Shown: positions 56,051 to 64,000 of the stretch, one piece after another
Layout of the letters: every line of letters begins with the position of its first letter
Numbering within the stretch: position 1 is the first letter of the stretch
Assembly (NCBI RefSeq): GCF_018350175.1
Contig: NC_058373.1
Span: 107,510,001 to 107,574,000, forward strand
Source of the DNA: Felis catus
Lineage: Eukaryota
DNA length: 64,000 nt
Reading direction: 5' to 3'
Program-made: the position numbers and the translations under genes
The notes under the pieces: model-generated
Told to the model about the DNA's origin: nothing
The model's database searches: none
The model's input: the letters and a program-made list of their open reading frames with translations, nothing else

Positions 56051-59000
56051 TTATTAAATGTATAGAGTCAATCTTTCATTTGTTTGTTTTTTAAGAAATC
56101 AGTGTATTGGCTTTATATACAAAATTGAATCTTAGCTGTGGGTTAATGTTGTCAACATCAATCACTAATAACAAAACTGTGGGATTATTTCATTTGGTAT
56201 TTTGCCCTGCCTCCGAATCTTCTCTAAGAAACTTTTGTGATTTTCCTGTTGTTCATTATGACATAGAGCTGTAATGATTGACTGTGGATTTGGAAGTTCT
56301 CTGAGCTTTCTCTTTTGTCACTTAAACACGTGACTTTCTAGTTGGCAAACAGAGACAAATAGTGACAATTTATATCAAGTTTTGTGCAGAGGTTATAAAT
56401 CATTGTTTCCCATTGATGTGGCTTACTTTTGGTTGGAAAGCAGAAGCTAGATCTCTTCTCCCCATGAGTGCTCTTTGTGAAAGGCACCTTATTAGCAGCC
56501 TACCAAAGCCAGGGTGTATCAGTGAAAATGTAATGCTACCCCTGTGCACATGTAAAGTAGGGGATTGCATGCAAAGCACCAATTTGCATGAATGGAAATA
56601 CACACTTTTGCAGGTGCCCCTTTGCTTCCTACTTAGGAAATGGGCAGAAAAATTGACAACTGAGCTTCCCTTTTGAGTTAAGATATTTCTTTGGCAACTT
56701 TGGATCAGCATAGTATAATGGAAAAAGTCTAAGTTTGAGGGTTAGAAAGACTTAGATTCAAATCTCAGTGAGTTTAGACAAAGTACTTAACCTCTCCAAG
56801 CCTCCACTTTCATATAGGTATTAAATGGAGTTAATACCAATTATACAGGGTTGTGTTGAGAGGATTAAATGGCCCTGTATAAATTAGGTGCAGACCAAAA
56901 CAGGCTCTTAGATCAGATACTTATCCCCTTTCCCCCATCCCTTCATCTGGACCAGTAAAATAAGTTTGCTTTCAATCAGAGACAGGGAATTTCCTCGTCT
57001 TCCATCTTGTACAACTAATATGTTTAGAATCTTTCTCTAGCCTTCATTCACAGGGGAACTGGCCCCATGTGCACTCTTTTTCATGTTTTGCCACAGTTCT
57101 GCCCCAGCTGTGCTCTCCTACTAATGTCTTCCTGAAGCTGGGCACTTAGCATGGTCCCAGGGGCACAGCCAGGCATGGCTTCCCCTGTGCCTTCAGGTCA
57201 GCCAGAGCCTATCAATCTGATAAGCTAATTCTTGTACCCTCTTTTTCTGTTTATGAAATTATAGATCCAAACACAAATAGGTGTTCAGCTGCTTACATAA
57301 ATCTAATTCCAGTAATACCAAAATAACACTAAATCTGCAACAGATGCAAGGATGCCCTGTGGGGCAAATGTTAAATGTGATGACAGCTGGGCATCAGTTA
57401 ATACATTTGTCACCTGCTCATGGGATAGGATCATGAGAGGTTTGGCAAAGGGACAAGTAACATATTGAACATAAAACTTAGTTAATATCAAGAGATAATA
57501 TTTGTGGAAGTGTTTTTCTTTTATTTTACTTCAATATTCTGCCTTATCTGGTTGCCTCTTCGGGGTCACAGCTTTCTCTATGAGTGTGGAGGAAGCTAAT
57601 AAGATGGCAGGTAAGAGCAGTGTCCCCTTCACTAGGATTACCAAAAACCCTTGTTCAAGTACTCCGCAACATTTTTCCTGGGAAATATAGGCCCTCGCAT
57701 TATGGGCTTAACGTTCATAATTTATTAGGTAAGAACTATTTAAAATAAAACTAAGTAAAGTACAAAATATATACTTTTCTAACACTTGGAGACTTGTTTG
57801 CTAAATTAAAAAACGAAGTGCTGAGAATATAAATTACTTTCGTATGTTGAAGGTGAATGTTTAAATTGTACCTTTTTTTTTAACGGAATGTTTACTCATG
57901 AGCTTAGCATTTAAATGGTTAAAACAAGCCTTTGAAGTTAACACTCCATTAAGATGAATGGGGGTAATTCACACCTCTGCTGGTGCTGTATTATTTCAGT
58001 CTGGCTGCGGAGAAAACAAGACAGGAGTAGGTTGATTTACTGTGTGAAGGCCCTTTAAACACCCAAGGTCTGGAAATCTTTGTGGGGTTTTTTTGCCTTT
58101 CCATCTAGAAGCAGAATCTGAAATTCAGCACAATCTGGGTATAGACATGGTCTTGAAAGTACCATACATTCTCTACTGTGGCAATTCCTAACTCGCGTTT
58201 GATGGGTAGCTTGTTACCAGATCAGCCCAACCTCTCTGGCTTTGTTTGTTCCTTTGTTCCTTCTCCCGTGACACCTTTTAAATTTAAGTTTAGTACCTTG
58301 GTAAATTCACCAATGGAAAAGCAGAAACATACCATCCATTTTCAGGTAAACTTTACACATGCCTTTAAATGGTTATCAGCTAATCACGGGCCTTCTTGTG
58401 CTTCTAAAAACATTTTTACCTTTGCAAAATCTCATCTTCTTGATTTGCCTGTATATAAACCTGTAAGACCGTTTTTCTTCTCCCCTGTTTGGGGGGTGAT
58501 CTCTGATGTGAGCAGAGATCAGCTAGGAAAGATTCATTTCTTTCTCCATGTGACCTTTGGCACCAGTACTCTTCTGTATTTGAAATGTGTACCCCCCATC
58601 CCCCGCCATTTGTGGAAGTACTATAGCCATCTGACTCTGAAACATTTTAGAGCCTAGGAATAAGGTTATGTGGGCACAAATGAAATGGCGAGCACTGTAT
58701 GAGATGTTAATGAATTTGGAAGATCTCTTTTTAAGGTAAACGGATTTTTCTCTTCTCCGTTCTTGCCCTGTGTATTTGCCGGATCAGGTTACTAGATAAT
58801 CTGTGGGTAGCTGGGTGTGGGGTCTCTTGTGCTGACAGTGCCAGTAGAATATATAGAGATGGAAAATAGATGCTAGAAACAAAAGGACTCGAACAGTTAA
58901 TTTTAACCTGATTTTCTTCTTGGCATGTTGACAGTACTCTCTCTGACTTTATTAGAATTAGCCCTATTGAAAAAAGACTTTGTTTCCTGCCAAATACTTT

Positions 59001-59750
59001 GCCTAAAACTTAGGTGTCATAATTTTTGGTCTTAGAACTTCTCAGAACCTGATATAGTACTGAAACAATTGTTTTTCTAATTTAAGCACACAATTTGTTC
59101 ATTTTTCTACATTATCCTCCTATAGTCTTCCCTTAATGAAGAGGGAAAAATAAGAAAACAAAATTTTGGTGAAGGATGAGTAAAGATATTGTGGATATGG
59201 CTTCCTCATTACAATCACTCTTCCTGAACAATCTGATCCAAGTTTTTGCTATCATGATCCACTGTCCTAGTTTGTGAGGCTGTCCGTCAAGATGAGCACT
59301 TATGAGGAGCAGGAAGACTCATCTTGCTTGGTGGCCAGGGGGACAAGTTTTTTCGCCTGTGGGACAAAGGAAAGGGGCAGAGAGGGAAATTTAGTTGCCA
59401 GGCGAAAAAAAGACAAGTGGATGAAAAGGCATTGTCATATGGGATGGTATAAAGAAACAAGACCTCCAGAGAAATGTTTCTCACTGTTTGAATTTGTGTG
59501 TGTTTTGTCTTCTACTGATCAGTGGATCAATGCACAACACAGGCAAAGGGGCTGGCTAATTCACTGAGTAAGTATTTACTGAGCACATAATACACACTAA
59601 GAGTTGCACTAGTCCTAAAGTGGTGAAGTTAAATAAGACCCCTGAATTTCTTGCCTGAAAAAAGCTCAAATAAAACTTGGAATTTTCTGATTGAACCTTT
59701 TCAAGATGGCCCTGGTAATGCAACTGCTTAACGCAAAGGAAAACATAGAT

Positions 59751-61382
59751 TAGGTCCTAGCCTCAGCAATTAGACAATAAAATGAAATAAAAGGCATCTA
59801 AATTGGCAAAGAAGATGTCAAACTTGCACTTTCCACAGATGATGTGGTACTTTCTCTACATGGAAAACCCAAAAGACCACCAAAAAACTGCTAGAACTAA
59901 TACATGAATTCAGAAAAGTTGCAGGATATAAAATCAATGAACAGAAATCAGTCGCGTTTCTATACAGTAACGAAACAGAGATATCAAGGAATCGATCCCA
60001 TTTAAATTGCACCAAGAACCATAAAATACCTAGGAATAAACCTAACCAAAGAGGTAAAAGATCTGTATGCTGAAAACTATAAAAAGCTAATGAAAGAAAT
60101 TGAAGAAGACACAAAGAAATGGAAAAACATTCCATGCTTATGGATTGGAAGAACAAATATTGTTAAAATGTTGATACTATCCAAAGCAACCTATACAAAT
60201 GCAATCTCAATCAAAATATTACCAGTATTCTTCACAGAGCTAGAACAAACAATCCTAAAATTTGCATGGAACCACAGAAGATGCCGAATAACCAAAGTAA
60301 GGTTGAAAAGAAAACCAAACTGGAGGCATTGCAATCCCAGACTTTAGCCTATACTACAAAGCTGTAGTCATCGAGACAGTATGGTATTGGCACAAAAACA
60401 GACACATAGACCAATGGAATGGAATAGAGAACACAGAAATGGACCTACAAATGTATGGCCAACTGATCTTCGACAAAGCAGTAAAGAGTATCCAATGGAA
60501 AAATGACAGTCTCTTTGGCAAATGGCGCTGGGAGAACTGGACAGCAACATACTGAAGAATGAAATTGGACCACTTTCTTACACCATACACAAAAATAAAT
60601 TCAAAATGGAGGAAAGACCTAAATGTGAGACAGGAAACCATCAAAATCCTAGAGGGCAAAATGGGCAACAACCTCTTTGACCTCAGCTGCAGCAACTTCT
60701 TACTTGACACGTCTCCAAAGGCAAGGGAAATAAAAGCAAAAATGAACTGTTGGGATCCCATCAAGATTAAGAGCTTCTGCACAGCAAAGGAAACAATCAA
60801 CAAAACTAAAAGGCAAACAACAGAATGGGAGAAGATATTTGCAAATGACATAAAGGGTTAGTATCCAAAGTCTTTAGAGAACTTAGCAAACTCAACTCCC
60901 AAAAAACAAATAATATAGTGAAGAAATGGGCAGAAGACATGAATAGACACTTCTCTAAAGAAGACATCCATATGGCCAATAGGCACATGAAAAGATGCTC
61001 AATGTCACTCCTCATCAGGGAAATACAAATCAAAACCACATTGAGATACCATCTCAGACTGGTCAGAGTGACTAAAAGTAACAACTCAGGAAACAACAGA
61101 TGTTGGCGAGGTTGTGGAGAAAGGGGAACCCTCTTGCACTGTTGGTGGGAATGCAAACTGGTATAGCCACTCTGGAAAACATAGTGGAGGTTCCTCAAAA
61201 AAAAACAGAATTACCCTATGTCCCAACAATAGCACTACTAGAAATTTATCCAAAGGATATAGGAGTGCTGATTCATAGGGGCACATGTACCCAATGTTTA
61301 TAGCAGTGCTATCAACAATAGCCAAAAAGAGCCCAAATGTCCATCACCTGATGAATGGATAAAGAAGATGTAATGTGTGTGT

Positions 61383-61429
<47 letters not shown>

Positions 61430-61855
61430 AATACTACTCAGTGATGAAAAAGAATGAAATCTTGCCATTTGCAACAACATGGATGGAACTAGAGGGTATT
61501 ATGCTAAGTGAAATAAGTCAGTCAGAAAGAAAGATATCCTGTGTTTTCACTCATATGTGGAACTTGAGAAACTTAGCAGAAGACCATAAGGGAAGGGAAG
61601 GAAAAATAAGTTACAAACAGAGAAGCAAACCACAAGAGACTCGTAATTACAGAGAACAAATTGAGGGTTGATGAGGGTGGGGGTAGGGGGTTTGGGAGCA
61701 GGGAAGATGGGTGATGGGCATTGAGGAGGGCACTTGTTGTGATGAGCACTGGGTGTTTTAATTGGCGAATCACGGGAATCTACTCCTGAAGCCAAAACTA
61801 CACTGTGTACGCTGTATGTTAGCTAACCTGACAATAAATTATTTAAAAAAAAAAA
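59751..61855 (+). mobile_element. 5'-truncated carnivore L1 (~2.1 kb; RT end, C-terminus, 3'UTR, poly(A))
   Basis: ORF2 peptides [54 protein letters not shown]; perfect 16-bp TSD AAAGGAAAACATAGAT at 59735-59750 and 61856-61871. Confidence 0.96.
61374..61427. repeat. (TG)n(CA)n microsatellite within L1
   Basis: Read directly. Confidence 0.95.
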
Positions 61856-62869
61856 AAAGGAAAACATAGATCTATATCTATAGTTATATATTTATGGAGA
61901 GAGAGACTTTTTTTTTAAATAAAGATTCTGAAGTCCTATTTACTTGTGTTCAAATCCCAGCTCTACCTCTTTTGTCTCATTTTGGACAAGTTTTCTTTAA
62001 TCTCTGAAGACTTTCATGTTTGAAGACTATGTTTTCTCTCAACCAGGGGAAATACACCTTATTTCCCCAAGTTAGATAACACGATATTTGGGGAAAGTTT
62101 GAGTATGCTGTTAAGCACTGAATTGAATATATATAGTTTTATTACTTGTCTGTTCCTCAAATCTCATATCTCTTCTCCCTTCTCTACTTCAGCCATCTAG
62201 TCAGCAGCCTGATCAGAAAATAGTGTTCTAGAAATAATCCTGATCAATGTAGTTTATTTTCACTACTGTTGTATTCTTCCCTAGAAAAATAAGTTCTAGT
62301 TTTGTAATAATGTCAATTCCTCTGATTTTACATCAGCTTTTTCACAATGACTTTACACTTTAGGCTTGTAAAGTACATCATCAGTAAAAGCCCCAGGTCT
62401 CTTTTAGGTGAACTGCCAGATTTCTAGGTCTTTTACTATTAATTTTATTTTTTTTTTAATATGAAGGAATATATGTTATACACACACACACTTGTTATCT
62501 ATTTTTTATCTATCTAAATTTTGCCTTGTTAATTTTAGTACATTCTTCCAGCCATTGAGATTTTTTTTTAAGTTTTGATTCCAGTGTATCATTGTTCCCT
62601 GTTTTTTGACATCCTGTGTTATCCTGCCATTTCTTTATCCCATTCACAGATAAAGATGTTCTGAAAGACAAAACTAACTACAGAGCCCTGCAGCCCACCA
62701 GTAGAGGCTTTTCTTCCAAGTTGTTACTAGTCCCCTTCTTGGAAAAAGTTGCCATAGTCCTGTAGTGTCATCTAACATGCATTTCTTCAGTCCTGAAAGT
62801 GTCTCCAAGTCAGTAGGTACAACCTAAATTCTCACCTATTTCCCATGTGTCCAGTTGTCCTGGGACGTT

Positions 62870-63560
62870 TCTGCTTAGATGCTGCCCAGTTACCTAAAGT
62901 CGACATATTCAAATCTATTCCCCTCCACAGTTTTCCCCTGTCAGTGCACCTCATGCCCTAATCTATCCTTCCAATCAGTTTTCTTGCTTTCATTCCTGCA
63001 ACCTGCAGCCTGTTTTCACACTGCAAAAGTGGTTGTTCAAAAATGTAAATCAGATCACGTCACTACTCTGCTTAATTTCCTCCAAGGGCCTCCCATGTCA
63101 TTGAGAATGAAATCTGTGCCATGGCCCACATGGTTCTATTTGGTTTGTACCTACGTATTTCTCTGACCTCATCTCCCATCAGTCTGACTCTTCTCCGTTG
63201 TACAGACTTTCTGTGCCTTGAACATGTCCCTGCGTGCTTACTGCTTTTCCTAGAGAGAACATCTCTCTTTGAAGACTCAGCTCCTCATCACTCAAGCCTC
63301 AGCTCAAGTATCACCGGCTCAGAGACGTCTCCCCCGACCACTTGATGTACACAAGCAGCCTGATAGCGGTCATGCTTGATAGCTTCAGACCCAGTTGTAC
63401 AGGCCATCCCTGGAAGTCTTGTTTGTTGTCTGTGTCCACTAGACCACAAGTTTCTGAAGAACTGGGACTGGTCTGTTTTGCTCATCACTAAATCTTCGAG
63501 CTCAGTATGGTACCTGGTACTTGGGAGGGACTTAATAAATATCTGTTGAATGAATGCATA
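62870..63560 (+). mobile_element. L2 3' region
   Basis: aaaatgtaaatcagatcacgtcactactctgctt...; terminal aataaatatctgttgaatgaatg. Confidence 0.75.
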
Positions 63561-63734
63561 AATCTAACAGACTGTGTATATCTTTCCACTCTTTACCCCT
63601 GATCTGTCAGCACATCAGTTCTTCCTTGGACCTGTCTCCTAAGTGTGCTTTTATCCTGTCTCCAGCCTCCTGCCAGCTCCTGAATCTTAGCCTTCATCTC
63701 TTTGTGCCTGGATTGTGACAGTTATGTTCAACCC

Positions 63735-63900
63735 ATGCTGCTCTTTAAAATCACTTGGGGAGCTTTCAAAATGACAGTGATCAGGCTCCACCCCAAACCA
63801 ATTAAATCAGAATCTCTGGCAGTGGAGACCTAGGCACAAATATATATTTTTAAAGCTTCCCATATGATTGCAATGGGCAACCCCTGGATCGCTGCGTTAG
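63735..63900. mobile_element. MER5A-like DNA transposon relic
   Basis: aatcacttggggagctttcaaaat...ccaccccaaaccaattaaatcagaatctctgg...aagcttcccatatgattgcaatg. Confidence 0.75.
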
Positions 63901-64000
63901 CCTTCTGACAGTTGTCTGTCTTTTGGTTTATTTTGTCTGTTTTGTCTGCTGATCTTGGAATCCTGCTTTCATAATATGACTTCCCTGCTCAAGAGCCTAC

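Noticed and set aside
57971..57985. Second CTCF-like motif (CCAGCAGAGGTGT, minus strand)
   Set aside because: It mismatches the key GGC positions of the core.
58178..58657. 159-aa ORF in unique downstream DNA
   Set aside because: It has a GTG start, no recognisable domain and no supporting splice structure; compatible with chance.

Overview
AT-rich mammalian genomic DNA from a felid, judged by the abundant cat-type CanSINEs (GGGGCGCCTGGGTGGCGCAGTCGGTTAAGCGTCCGACT...) and carnivore L1s. The window holds the last 13 coding exons of SLC38A6 (SNAT6 amino-acid transporter) on the + strand, 8934-54547. I rebuilt them by hand: all introns are GT-AG, phases match at every junction, and they give 1061 coding nt ending at TGA, followed by a poly(A) signal at ~54730. 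The 5' exons lie upstream of the window, and exon numbers 4-16 are assumed from my recollection of the human gene. Intron 8 contains an antisense RPL15 processed pseudogene with an unusually long 3'UTR, itself split by a young L1. The rest is about 27 CanSINEs, about 10 L1 fragments (several with clear target-site duplications), MIR/L2/MER relics and microsatellites. Nearly all ORFs in the supplied track are repeat-derived or spurious. I found no convincing novel biological system. The best leads are splice-site oddities in SLC38A6, features preserved in the RPL15 retrocopy, a strong CTCF motif and recurrent retrotransposon patterns.
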